Source: Podarcis muralis
Taxonomy: Eukaryota
DNA length: 64,000 nt
Direction: 5' to 3'
Assembly: GCF_964188315.1 (NCBI RefSeq)
Contig: NC_135667.1
Coordinates: 22,072,001-22,136,000, forward strand
The notes under the pieces were generated by a model. The model did no database searches. It saw nothing but the letters and a program-made list of their open reading frames with translations, and was not told the DNA's origin. This document shows, piece after piece, positions 39,101 through 51,537 of this stretch; the first letter of the stretch is position 1; each line of letters opens with the position of its first letter. The position numbers were made by a program, and so were the translations under genes.

Positions 39101-42100
39101 GAGTGTTTTTGCCAAGCTAGAGTGAGTCCTTAATCCATGATTATGCCTCTTATCTTCCTGAATGGAGAACAGAGAAGGGTATGTGAGTTTGTCTCGAACC
39201 TAGCCTACAACACAAAGTTAAATTTTATATTCATTGCCCCACCGACTTCTTATTCTTTCCCAGCCCACCACCACCATGTGGCCCTCAGAATGTTGCCTAC
39301 AAGAAGATAAGGCCCTTTGGCTGAAAAAGGTTCTCCAGCCCTGACATTAAGACACAAAGTGTATGTCAACCTCATAAAGTTAGTGGTTATTATCCCATGC
39401 TAAAGATACAAGGCTGACCATGAGACAATATAGTCTAACCAAATTCCTTTTATGGTTGAGGAAAGAACTTCTTTCCTCAGAACTCATGCTCTTTCACAAG
39501 CAGTCAGAAACAAATATTTTAAAAAAGAAATAAATATGTATGTGTACATGGGTGGTCCAACCCAGAGTTTACTGCAATGTATTATGGTGTACAATGCCTA
39601 CAAACAGGAGACCTTGCACAATTGTATCCACATATGTCTCATTGCCTAAACAAATGTCCCATTTTATGAAAAATTGGTGTCTGGATTCTGTTGACTGTTC
39701 CAGGCAGCCAAAGGCATTGGCTTTGAACCCCAATATTTCCCCAACACTTGGGTAGTGGACCTCCCTTCTTGCTCTGTCACTGATGTGCTTCCTTTGCACA
39801 TTGAAATCTTTTCTAGTCCACAAAACATTCAAAAGCATGAAAAAGCAATGCTTTTGGTTCTATGATGAGTTCTAATTCTAATTATTATTTATGTACATCA
39901 ATTAAATATCCAAACATTAAGCATTATATACATATCTGGTATAGATAGATAGATGATAGTGTTACAATTCCTGCTCCATGATTGCAGTCATGGGATTGCT
40001 GTCTTTCACATGACGGTGTATGTTTTGACTCCACAGAGTGGGATGTGACGGAGGCAGGATGTTTGTGTTACTGTGTTCTGTGAAGTGGGACTATTGTCCT
40101 TTTTCCTTTTTGCTGTCTGATGCTAGAGAGGGAGCCATGTTGCAGTGCTCTCTGTGTGTTTATATATAAATAAAGTAGATTAGCCAAAATACTGAGTTGC
40201 TGAGGTCTGTCACGCAAGTTGCGCAAACTCTGCGGATCCCTAAGTCTGCCGGTGTTGGTTGGCATCGGTCGCTGTGGTGTTTGGGCTGAAGAAAGCTTTT
40301 GAAGCTCCCGAAAGAAATACCAGGAGGGAGGGAACATGCCAGTCGAGCATGTGTCTCTGCCAGAGTCCTACTCGAGTGTAGGCTGAACTCCTGACAGATA
40401 GATGATAGATAGATAGATAGATATTAATTCTGCACTATTCCCACATGCAAATGAGCATGTGTGCCTTACCTACTTGTGGAATCTTATAGATATCGAGGAT
40501 ATTTGCCATTGCAATAGAGATTTTGGAGTCTAGTCCTCCAATCACTGCAGTCAGCTTATTCTGGATGTCACATTTGTAGTTTGGAACAAATCTCTCCAAT
40601 GTAGATACAAGTAGCATTGTAGAATAGTAGGTCTGCTTTGCCTTGAAATAGCTGTCATAGATGTTGAAGCCTAAGGTGATATTGGGCAGGATCAGAGGGT
40701 CTTCATTTATTTCATTCACTGCAAATTCCAGGGCCAGAATGTGTTGGTAATTCTTTGGCACTGCACTAGAATGAAAGTTGCATTCTGTATCAAACTATTC
40801 CACATCTAAATAATAATAATAATAAACCCGCTATATTCTGCATCTTCCTCGGCATTATTATTATTTTGCTACTGTTTTGTGGTGGTTGGCAGATGGATGG
40901 CAGCTAACAGACTGAGGTTGAATCTTATCAAGACAGAAGTTCTGTTTTTGGAGGACAGGGGGAGGGTGGGTGTGGGGTGTCCTGAATGGGGTAACCAAGT
41001 GCACAGCCTTGGAGTCATTTTGGACTCACAGCTGTCCATGGAAGTGCAGGTCAATTCTATGTCCAGGTCAGCTGTCTACCAGCTCCATCTAGTACATAGG
41101 CTGAGCCTCTACCTGTCCGCAGACTCTCTCACCAGAGTGTTGCATGCCGTGGTTGTCTCCTGCTTGAACTACTGCAATGTGCTCTACATGGGACCACTTT
41201 TGAAGTTGACTCAGAAACTACAACTAATCCAGAATGTGACAGCTAGACTGGTGACTGGGAGTGGCCGCCGGGACCATATAACCAGTGGCGGAGCTTCATG
41301 CTCCGGCACTGGGGGCAGAGAGCAGGTGGGGGCAGGGCTGGTGCGCGCCTCGGGGGTGTGGTGCGCCGCCCAAAGGGATGGGGCATGCGTTCTGGCAGCG
41401 GGGCGCCCAGCGTGGGTGGGGGAGCAGACATGGTGGAACCCCACCAGGATCGCACTGCAGGAGGCGGTGCGCTCCCCCTGCCCCCCTCTTCCTCTGCTAG
41501 TGCATATAACACCAGTCCTAAAGGATCTTCACTGGCTCCTAGTACGTTTCTGCACACAATTCAAAGTGTTGTTGCTGCCCTTTAAAGCCCCAAATGGCAT
41601 CTTCACCCCCATCGTTCAGCGTGGACACTGGAGTCCTCCTCTGAGGGTCTTCTGCTGCTTCCCTCACTGCAATAAGTGAGGTTACAGGGAACCAGGCAGA
41701 GGGCTTTCTCGGTTTTGGCACCCGCCCTGTGGAACACCCTCCCTTCAGATGTCAAGAAAATAAACAACTATCGGACTGTTAGAAAACATCTGAAGGCAGC
41801 CCTGTATTGGAAGGTTTTTAATGCTTGATGTTTTTAGAAATGCTGTAAGCCATTGAATCAACAATTCAATTACAGCTATGGGAAAGAGAGAGAAAGATTC
41901 CTGATTCCACATAAGAAAATGGGGTGGTACTAGGGATCTGTCAGGAGTCCTGAATACAATGGAACAAACTCAAAATGAGTCAGTGTTTCAACAGCACAAG
42001 GGGTAGGACAGAGAGCCAAGAGAAGAGATAAAGGAAACAAAAGACAGAGAAAGACATGCTGAATTCCCGTTATTTCCCCATTTCAGAGAAGATGGAAGTT

Positions 42101-43792
42101 ATGAAGGTACAGGGTGCTTATGGTGATCCAAGAGTGCATCTTGTGGCTATAGAGAGATGACAAATTGTGATTTTGTGCCCAGGCTGCATATACAAAAGCA
42201 AGCTGTGGTTTACTTCTGTTCCCCAGGAGCAGTGGTAGCTGCTGCTCATTAGGACTGCTAGGACAGAAAGCAGAGAGCCTAACAATAGATGAAGCCCTTT
42301 TTAAGTAAAATTGGATTAATTAACACTGAAAATGGGAATGCCTGTGTAATGGTGAAAGGGTTTAACTGGAAGATTCCACGGAAACTTTAGAGAAGCAGGA
42401 AGAACCATCTCTGAACTTTAACTAGTTGATAAGTAACTGATTATTGTTCTCCTAGCTAACATGTGAGTCACTTCCCCTTACCTTGGGAGTAAGTAGCTTT
42501 GTCACTTCCCCTTGCCTGAGGAGGAAATAGGTAATCAAGCCTTTGTTCCTCCCCCAAGTCTACCTGAGAATTCAACATGCAAGGCCATCTGAGCTGCTTG
42601 CTCCAGCTCAGCCACACAGCTCTCACCAGCCATTTTCATGTTCTTATACCAATAATTTATGAACTTTGATCATTTGGTAATAAAGCCATGTTTTACTCCC
42701 TGTGCAGCATTTCTGACTCATATATGCAACAGCACATTAATTTGACCTGTGGAGAGATTGTTAAGTAAGCATTTTTTAAAAAATAAAAAAAAAAACCCAA
42801 AACCTTTCCACTTGTGGTCTTTTCCTATGCTGGGGAAGAGGGAATCTTTGGAAGGAACTTTTATAAAGGGCAATTTTGGAACTCCCTTGGAAAGGTGTAT
42901 CTTAAACAATTTAAAGCCTATATTTCCACTCTTTACTTTGCTGCCTATTTTGTGAATTAAAATCTCTTCTGAGGTTCTCTCACCAAATAGTATGTGCCTC
43001 AAACTTGGCTCTTGGCATCAAAGGAAATTCTCCCTCTTTGTACTTTTTTCCTTGAACCAACATTAAGTAGGCTCTCCTACCCTTCCCCTTTTTTTACACT
43101 TACACCTTCTGTTCATGAGACTAGTGTTATTGTTCACTTCCTCTGCCATGCTTCCATAAACCCTTGCACTGCACAATCATGTGCAGAATGATGTTTCTGA
43201 GCATCAAACACTAAGGGATACACTTCAAAGTAGGGTTTCTTGATAACATGAGTCTAATATGCCCTATGCTAAGATAGCAGAACAAAAGTGTGAGTATAGA
43301 AAGAAGTGAGAGATATGATGGAGCAAAGAAATCACAGCAGAATTTTGGTAACACAGCCAATGAAAGATATAGTGAAGAGAAATAAAATAGCTTCTGAAGG
43401 CTTAAATGTATCCTCCCGGGGGGGGGGGGGATTTCCAATTCAGCATTCTATTAATGTATTACCTTTTTATACATCTAAGACAAGAAGCCACTGTTTATAG
43501 ACTGTAGTTCTACCACTGCTCATTTCAGTGACAAAATACAAAGAGATTAAAACAAATAAAGAATAAGTGCTTACAAGAAATCTTCAAGCAATGCTGGTGG
43601 AGGCTCTTCAGTGAAAGCTATTGAACTGTCGAAAAAGCTACCATGAGTTGCAATGCCACCAATGATGAGGTCTCCTGACTGATGGTACATGTGTTGTGGG
43701 TAACGTGGACCACAAACCCTACATTTCACAGCATGAGATTTCCATAACTTGTGAGGAAGCAGTGCCAGCAGGGAGACCACTAAAACCACCAT
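27856..43792 (-). CDS. V2R gene D, complete 6-exon, predicted 875 aa; recent paralog of C with an E-like 3' end; full-length LTR element in intron 3
   Basis: Exons 43575-43792, 40474-40765, 37693-38553, 30378-30605, 29541-29667, 27856-28757 total 2628 bp, in frame. Introns align with those of gene C. Confidence 0.92.
30105..30143. repeat. (AAC)n microsatellite; the paralogous site near 18248 is a short (AAT)n
   Basis: Seen directly. Confidence 0.85.
30971..36964 (-). mobile_element. Sauria-type SINE split by the chromovirus (30971-31114 plus 36714-36964)
   Basis: The two halves rejoin at the CACGA TSD and align to 19099-19484. Confidence 0.85.
31115..36713 (+). mobile_element. Full-length decayed Ty3/Gypsy chromovirus (Tf1/sushi group) LTR retrotransposon
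   Basis: 436-bp LTRs at 31115-31550 and 36278-36713 (TG...CA, 6 differences). 5-bp TSD CACGA. PPT before the 3' LTR. Gag with CCHC ([14 protein letters not shown]), protease LLDSG, RT (F*DD), RNase H (ETDAS), integrase (HHCC, SDRG, GPF), chromodomain (VEYLVAWEG...NTWVP). Stops at 33124, 33684, 34140, 34539 and frameshifts near 32180, 32650, 33050, 34850, 35110. Confidence 0.95.
39960..40396 (+). mobile_element. Solo LTR (437 bp) inserted in a GATA microsatellite, intron 2 of gene D
   Basis: TG...CA ends, TSD GATAG, internal TATATAAATAAA. Absent from the paralogous intron of gene C. Confidence 0.75.
40870..41850 (+). mobile_element. L2-type LINE 3' remnant in intron 1 of gene D
   Basis: ORF remnant [35 protein letters not shown] is typical of the L2 ORF2 C-terminus. 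Absent from gene C. Confidence 0.75.
41283..41502. mobile_element. hAT-type MITE nested in the L2 remnant
   Basis: 8-bp TSD CATATAAC, degenerate CAGTGGCGG termini, GC-rich. Confidence 0.7.
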
Positions 43793-44736
43793 CCTCGCTG
43801 CAAGGCTTATTTTATTTTTTACACAGAAATTCTGCTATTTTCTTTTACCACACTATATATAGTGTCTTGATGACTAACAGCCTTCTTTATTTGAGCCTTG
43901 GAGTGAATAATAGAAACTATTAGCGATCTCACTGGAGGACTGTTTCTGCTCCCAGTCCCTTTCCCCTGCCCCACATAGTGCTGGGTATATTTAGAACAGT
44001 CTTGGTTGCCTTTGCTTAACAGTGTTTGCTGTTAATCTTGTTTGTGGCCCATGAATTCTACAGGGAGTTGGACATTTGATAGTAATTAAAGAGGGAGGTA
44101 ATAATGGGTTCCACTCTTGGGGTTCCTAATGGAATTGTTAAATAAATTATGTTTGTCTCACATCTGAAAATGTGTTTGGAATACTACCGGTATGCAAGGA
44201 AAAAAATGGCACCAGAAATAATGTTGTGCTCTGGAGCTAGAGACAAAATTAACTTCTTTCATGATAGGAGTAGTCTTCTTTTCAGAATTACATGGATTGA
44301 TGAGCCACATGGGTTGTTCCTAGCACTACCCAGTCATTGCTCTTCCATTGTAAGCTGCAAGCATAATTAAAATGGACTTTCCACAACACCAGGAGTTGGG
44401 GTAGTTTGGGATGCAGCCTGTACTCTCAGAGGGAATGGAGGCAACAGAACCCTGCCTTCCAAATTTCACTGTTGCCACCAGCTGGATGTTAGCTTGTTTT
44501 TACCCTTGCTGCCTCAATTGAGCAGCTCTTTTATTGATATTTAACTTTACTAAGTTACTCCTTATACTGTGTAGAATACTATGGCATTTAGGTATTAGGA
44601 AAATAGCAAGGCATCAGACAAATGCCTCCCAACCACCAAACAGCCCATGCTTTTACTTAAGGTTTTAGTAAGGCCTCCAGTTAAACAATTTTTGAAAACA
44701 TGAAAAAGAAGAGTTAAGAACATCTAGAATACAGGG

Positions 44737-47700
44737 TGAAATATACTCAGAGTCGCAAAGTGATTTCATGCTCTTTATTCAGCTCATAGTGGTGAGGAGG
44801 AATGAATGAAAGTCCCCTCAAAGTATCTGCTTTATATACATTATTTACACAATGGACTGCACATGATTGGCTAATTCCAGAATTCTACTGTAAGCCAATC
44901 AGGTTGTGGATTCACTTCTATCTGGAGCATGATTGGGTGGTTCCTGCCAACCAATCATACTGCTGCATTGTTCTAGGACCAATCAGACTGCAGCATTTTG
45001 GATCCTATTGTTCTAGGACCAATCAGACTGCTGCAGTTTGGATCCTATTCAACTCAGTACATAACACCCCTCCCCTCTAAGTTCCAGTCCTGCCCGGGAG
45101 GTCACATTCATAGTCCTCAAGGTACGCCGGCGGCCTACGTGTGTGTTGCGGCCTGGGGTGTTCCCTGGTCCGGGGTTCAGGTTCTGGGTCATGTTCCAAG
45201 GATGCTGGCTGTGATGGGGCTGTTTGGTCTGGCGCAAGCGGCTCGCTCATTCGTGGTTCTGGTTCCGGTGTCCTTTTGGCCTCGCGGGTCCTCTCTGTAT
45301 TTACTGATTCTGCCTCTCCTGCTGGCCCCTCCTGCTCGATGGGCCTCACTGTCCCACTGTTCCCTTGGGACTCCTCTAACCTGTCCTCCTCCTGGTTGTC
45401 TCCTGGGAATCGTCACCGTATCTGGTCGCAGTGGCGGTGCCAGCATTGCCCCCCACCTGTTAGCACCTCGTACGACACGGGGCCAGTGACCCTGGTGACT
45501 GTGGCAGGTACCCATGCTGGGCCTGCCCCAAAATTCTTTGCGTACACTGGGTCCTGGGCCTCGAAGGTCCAGGGGTTCCTGCCTTCCCCCACCACTACCT
45601 CATCCTGAGCTCTATCGGGGTGAAGGCGGTCCAATCTGATTGCAAGGCGCCGACCCATTAGTAGTTCAGCGGGGGCTCCGGCCAGTCGTTGAGCTGGGGG
45701 TGCTGTGCTAGAAGGAATGTGGCAAGGCAGTACTCCCAATCCCCTTGCGTCATGCGGTGAAGGGTGTCCTTGGTGGTCCGCACCATGCGTTCTGCTTGGC
45801 CATTGGTGGCAGGGTGGAATGGCGCCGAACGGACGTGGCGGATGGCGTTCTGCACTGTGAAGGTTTGGAATTCTCCTGACGTAAATGCAGTCCCGTTGTC
45901 TGAGATGAGAGTGTCAGGGAGCCCGTGGGTTGCAAACTGCCTGCGTAGTACCCAGATGGCTGCGGACATAGAAGTGGACGGTACCAGTGTGACTTCCAGC
46001 CATTTGGTGTAGGAGTCCACCACTATGAAGAATGTTTTCCCCTGAAAGGGGCCAGCGAAGTCCACATGCAGGCGTGACCATGGTGCTCGGGCGGACTCCC
46101 AGGACTGGACTGGGGCCCTTGGGGCATCTGGGCGGGATTCTTGGCAGGCCTGGCAGTGTTTGACCCAGGCCTCTATCTCTCCGTCGATCCCCGGCCACCA
46201 CACATAACTCCTGGCAAGGGCCTTCATTCTTACAACCCCTGGGTGTGTCTCGTGTAGGACTGTGAGGAGCCTTTTGCAGAGGGGCTGGGGAACAACAACC
46301 CTGCTTCCCCATAACAGGCACCCCTTGTGGGTCGACACTTCATGTTTGCGGGTTGTGTAGCCGGCGAATTCTGGGCCGGGGCTGCTGCTGGGCCATCCCC
46401 TCCACACCCAGTCCAGGACCCAGGAGATGACCCTATCTTTCTTGGAATGGTGTGCAACTTCTTGTGCCTGAATGGGGTGGTCGGGAAGCAGCTCCAGGCT
46501 CATAACCTCTTGTGCAGGTGCTGGGTCAGGGCCTGTTTCTGGTAGTGGTAGCCTGCTGAGGGCATCCGCATGGCCCATCACCTTCCCAGGGCGGTGAATC
46601 AGTGCATACTGGTAGCTGGCAAGGAAAATTGACCACCTGAGGACGCGAGGAGACAGCACTTGGGGGGTCTGCTTTTCGGGGGCAAACAAGCTAAGCAACG
46701 GCTTGTGGTCAGTCACCACGGTGAAGGGCCGCCCGTACAAGAAATCATGGATTTTTTTTACTCCCTTCACGATTGCCAGACCCTCCTTGTCGATTTGCGA
46801 GTAGTTCTGCTCGGTTGCGTTGAGTGTCTGGGAAAAGTATGCCACCGGTACCTCTCTTCCATCCAGGAGTTGGTGTCCCAGGACAGCGGCAATGCCATAG
46901 GGTGAGGCGTCGCATGCTAGCACCACCGGCAGCCTTTCGTCGAAGTGTGCCAAGACCGAGTTTGAGACAAGCAAGTCCTTGACTGCCTGGAATGCGGCCT
47001 CCTGGCGCTGGCCCCACACCCAAGAGGCCCGCTTGTCCAGGAGTCTGTGTAGGGGCTCCACTACCGCCGCCTTGTGGGGAAGGAAGGAATGGTAAAAGTT
47101 CAATAGTCCCAAGAAGGCCTGGAGTTCAGTCTTGCTCTTGGGCGCTGGGGCATCACAAATGGCCCGTACCTTGTCCCCAGTCGGGTGGACCCCTTCTGCA
47201 TCCACCGTAAATCCCAGAAAGTCCACCTGAGGCACTCCTAGTAGACATTTTTCCCGCTTCACCTTGAGACCCGCCGTCTGGAAACGGTGCAGAACGGTGT
47301 GGAGGCGGTCCTCAAACTCCTCTGGTGTGGGCCCGGCAATCAACACATCATCGAAGAAGGGGGTGACGCCAGGAACCCCTTTAAGGAGAGAGTCCATTAG
47401 GTTCTGGAATATACCTGGTGCCACACTGACACCAAATTGCAGCCGCTTTACCCTGAACGCTCCTCTGTGCGTCACAATCGTCTGTGCCTCTGCTGTGGCC
47501 TCATCTACTGGCAGCTGTTGATATGCTTGGGCCAAGTCCAGCTTGCCAAAATTTTTTGACCCAGCCAGGGTGGCAAGGACATGGCTGACCACTGGCACTG
47601 GGTATGCATGGGCCGTGAGGGCCTTGTTTATGGTACATTTGTAGTCTGCGCAGATGCGGACCGAACCATTAGGCTTGACGGGTGTGACGATTGGGGTTTC

Positions 47701-49556
47701 CCAGGGGGCATTAGGTACCGGCTCCAGCACTCCTTGCTCCACGAGCCGGTCCAATTCCTCGTCTATACGGGGTTTCAGGGCGAACGGGACCCGGCGGGCC
47801 TTGAGCCTGACCGGTCGTACTGCGGGGTCAAGCTGTAGAGCAATGGGGGGGGGCCGTAAACTGTCCCAATTTCCCATCAAAAACCCCTGGAAATTCCTTG
47901 CATATGGCGTCCACGTCCACTTGTAAGCTAGTGTGGTTCCCCCCGGTGACGGCTAGCCCCAGTGGTCCAAACCATGCCAATCCCAGTAAGCTAATGTAGG
48001 GGCCCTTGACCACAAGTAAGTCCAGTTGCCGCGTCCGCCCTCGGTATTGCACCCTGAAGGTCCCCACCCCCATTGTGGGGACCTTACGTTTCTGGAAGTC
48101 CCGGAGGGTGAATGGGGCCGGCCTGAGTTTGGGACCCCCAGTAGGACACAGTTTCCTTAAGGTCCTTGCCGAGATTATGGATAGAGTTGAACCCATGTCA
48201 AGCTCCATGCGGCATGGGCCCCCCTCTATCTGTACCTCTACATAAATTTTCTCTACGTTGGGGTGGGGCAACTGGTATACCTGGAAGTCCGTAAGCTCCG
48301 TCGAGTTGCCTTGGTGTGTTGGGCCCTGGGACCTGGGGCTCTTGGATTGGTCATCTGATGCCTGGCGTCGGGTGGGCCGAGCCTGACACACCCGGGCGAT
48401 GTGTCCCAATTTTCTGCACTGCCTGCACTCTGCATTGCGGAAATGGCAGGTTCTCCTCTCGTGACTCTCCCCACAGCTTGCGCAGTTCCCTCCTTCTTAT
48501 CGAGGCAGCTGTGGTCTGTGTGCTGCTTGAGTGCGCTGCTGTACTCAGTGCACCTCCTCCCTGTCAGATCCTGAGTTGTCGGTGAGGAATTCATGGTGGA
48601 CCCTTGGTTGGGATGGCAGGCTCGGCCGTGCCTCTTGTGTCAACTTCTCGGCAGCTTCTGTTGCCAGGGCCTCCTCCAGAGCGACCTGGAACGTTAGGTC
48701 CTTCTTAGCGTAGAGGCGTCGTTGCAGCTTCTCATCCTTCAGGCCACCGACGAGGCGGTCACGAAGCATGTTCTCCAGCTCTGAGAAGTTGCAGAACCGG
48801 GCGGCTTGGTGGAGAGAGGTTACAAACCCAGTTATAGTTTCCCCAGGGGTTTGCCACTTTGCGTAGAAGGCATTTCGACGAGCCACCACTGAGGGCTGCA
48901 GCGAAAAGTGCCCCTTCAGCTGTTCCATTATTGTTTTGTATGGAACAGTAGCGACGTCTTCAGGTGCAAGGAGAGCCCGGGCGATTTCAAACGTCTCCTC
49001 TCCGCAGACGCTGAAGAATATCGCCCTCTTCTTGGCGTCTTCTTCATCGGTGACCCCTTTGGCTTCTAGGAGGAAGGTGAAACGGGAGGCGTATGCTTCC
49101 CAGTCTCCAGATGCTGGGTTGAACGGCGAGAAGCTGCTGTCGGTAGCCATTCTGAGTTCCTTGTGTCCCGGAGCTGAAGCCTGGATACACAGTGTGAGGC
49201 AGCGGTGCGGCAGGTGGCGGTGCTGCGGTGCTGTGTGTGGCAGTCAGCTCAGCGAGATCCCACCTTCATCGCCAGTGAAATATACTCAGAGTCGCAAAGT
49301 GAATTCATACTCTTTATTCAGCTCATAGTGGTGAGGAGGAATGAATGAAAGTCCCCTCAAAGTATCTGCTTTATATACATTATTTACACAATGGGCTGCA
49401 CATGATTGGCTAATTCTGGAATTCTACTGTAAGCCAATCAGGTTGTGGATTCTGGAGCATGATTGGGTGGTTCCTGCCAACCAATCATACTGCTGCATTG
49501 TTCTAGGACCAATCAGACTGCTGCATTTTGAATCCTATTCAACTCAGTACATAACA
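44737..49556 (-). mobile_element. Full-length decayed Ty3/Gypsy LTR retrotransposon, Mag-like, single gag-pol frame
   Basis: 5' LTR 49276-49556 (281 bp), 3' LTR 44737-45066 (330 bp), TSD CAGGG. PPT AGAGGGGAGGGG. Gag MATDSS... from 49150 with two Zn knuckles (CASCGESHERRTC, CRQCRKLGHIARVC), protease (MELDMGS), RT FFDD, RNase H, integrase (HVDFAGPF, SDNG). Two in-frame stops near 48500-48545 and frameshifts near 47850 and 45680. Lineage is inferred from the motif pattern. Confidence 0.93.
49257..49274 (-). promoter_or_regulatory. tRNA primer-binding site of the Mag-like element, probably tRNA-Ser(GCU)
   Basis: TGGCGATGAAGGTGGGAT lies 1 nt inside the 5' LTR. It matches 16/18 to the complement of the vertebrate tRNA-Ser(GCU) 3' end (TGGCGACGAGGGTGGGAT, recalled rather than searched). 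Confidence 0.7.
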
Positions 49557-51537
49557 CAGGGAATCAAAAAGGGTTTCAAGAAATCAGCCTCCAGAAGAAG
49601 AAGCCTGCCGGCAGAAACCCTTCAGAAAACACTTTCTTGTATAGAATGAACCAAAAGCTGTTTAAAAATACATGTTAGCAAAAATACCAAAAAAAAATAG
49701 GGGATTCCCCTCCCCCATGAGTATATTAGTAAAAACTGCATACAAAATGATGTTTATTAGAATAAATATTTAAATTAAGTTTTTTTTTAATGAGAAGACT
49801 TGCAAGTGCAGTTATCAGGACCTAGTGAACACGGTGTTAAATGGAGTTGAGTCAGTGTAATTGGCTATGGATCTGAATTGTGGGGAATGAAACTATCATA
49901 GCTATCCCCCTTTTTGTTAAAGAAACAGCAGCCTATTAAACATTCTGAATTATAATAACTGAATTGAGAGCTGTTGTTTTTACATTGTATCCTTTTCATT
50001 AAACATAACCATCCATTTTTAAATAATTGTTTTGTAAAATTGAAATAAATATTTGATTAATTCACTTTCAAAAAGAGGTGTCTATGTTCTTTTGGAACCA
50101 CACTTAAATTACCACAGGTACTGGTGGATTAAAATAAGATTTTCAGTATCAAGTACCACCCTATGTCCCAAACGCATCATTACACCTAGAGGCTAATCTT
50201 CCCTCGGTAGAATTATGGATCTGGCACAGGACACTTAACTATTGGCTTTGCCTAAACTCAAATCCCTCTGGTCTAATATCCCTAGTGCTGCAAGATTGTC
50301 ACAAGTGTGCCTGGTCTAAAAATGTCTATCAAAAACTTCACTCTTGTGGCTTATCACCACAACAGCTACTCACTTCGGGTTTTAGTAAAGCAAACAGTCT
50401 AATTTGTCTGTGCCTAAATGATATCGAGCACCAGAAAAACTTGGCCACAATATGGAAATTTTGCCCATGGTATGACTATTTTCAACCTTCCCATTTGATT
50501 CTCTGGCACCCTATCTGCATAACCTAGCAACTGTAAAACATAGATGCGCTTTTACTCTCACAAGATTGAATGTATTGCCTGTGGCTGTACTTGGGGGACA
50601 ATTTCAACAGTTTCCACACGAAAAACGCTTATGTTCCTGTGGAGATGGCAGTACTGAATCAGTGACACATGTCCTTCTGGCTTGCACTCTTTATAAAGAC
50701 TTGAGGAATGAGGTTATCACCCCTCTTTATTGTCCATTCTGGGTTGCCCAGCCACTGCCACACTATCCTTTCTCTTGGCAGATCAAGATGAGCAGGTGAC
50801 AGAAAAGGTTGCAAGGTTTTTAACTGGGGCAATTAGAATAAGATCCGCTACTTGACTATTGATTCAAAACCCTAAAATGTATTTTATATAATCAACTTTC
50901 TATTTGTATTTCTATTCTTTGTATATCGTATTGTTGTTTTATTGTTATGGCTGATGGCTGACACAAATAAAGATTCATTCATTCAAGTTAAAATATATGG
51001 TGGTGGGGGCGGGTGGAAATGGGTTTCTATAGATTTGGTAGAACAGTGGTGGGGTGAAAAGGAACTTATATCCCACATTTACACATTGCAGTCTACTGCT
51101 TTGTTTTCTTCAGTGCTGTTTACTGAATTTATTGATACCTGACCAAAGAGGGGAAACATGCAGCAGAGCACCTCTAAATTCCTCCATGTTGCATGAAACC
51201 TGAGTGGGATTGGAGCAATAAAAACTAGGGATATAGTGCTTGGAAACTAATTTACTCCAGCTTTGTTGTAGTGCAAATAAGAACCCTCCCCAGCCATGAA
51301 GTTTCTATTTAAAAAATATAACTAATGAGTGAACATAATCACAGAGATTGAGAAAAAATATTGCATTTAGAAAGAATGACATGGAACATATATTTATGAA
51401 TGGCTGTCCTTCAAAAAACGGGAAGATTTGTCCATCTATGGTGAGCACAGAATTCCAAACTCTATATAAGGGCTTCTGAATTTCAAGAAAAGCTGCTAAA
51501 AGCTCAATGGACACCACTTTCCTCTTCATAAGAATCT

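Noticed and set aside
41211-41585. Cluster of GC-rich overlapping ORFs
   Set aside because: Explained by a hAT MITE nested in an L2 remnant.
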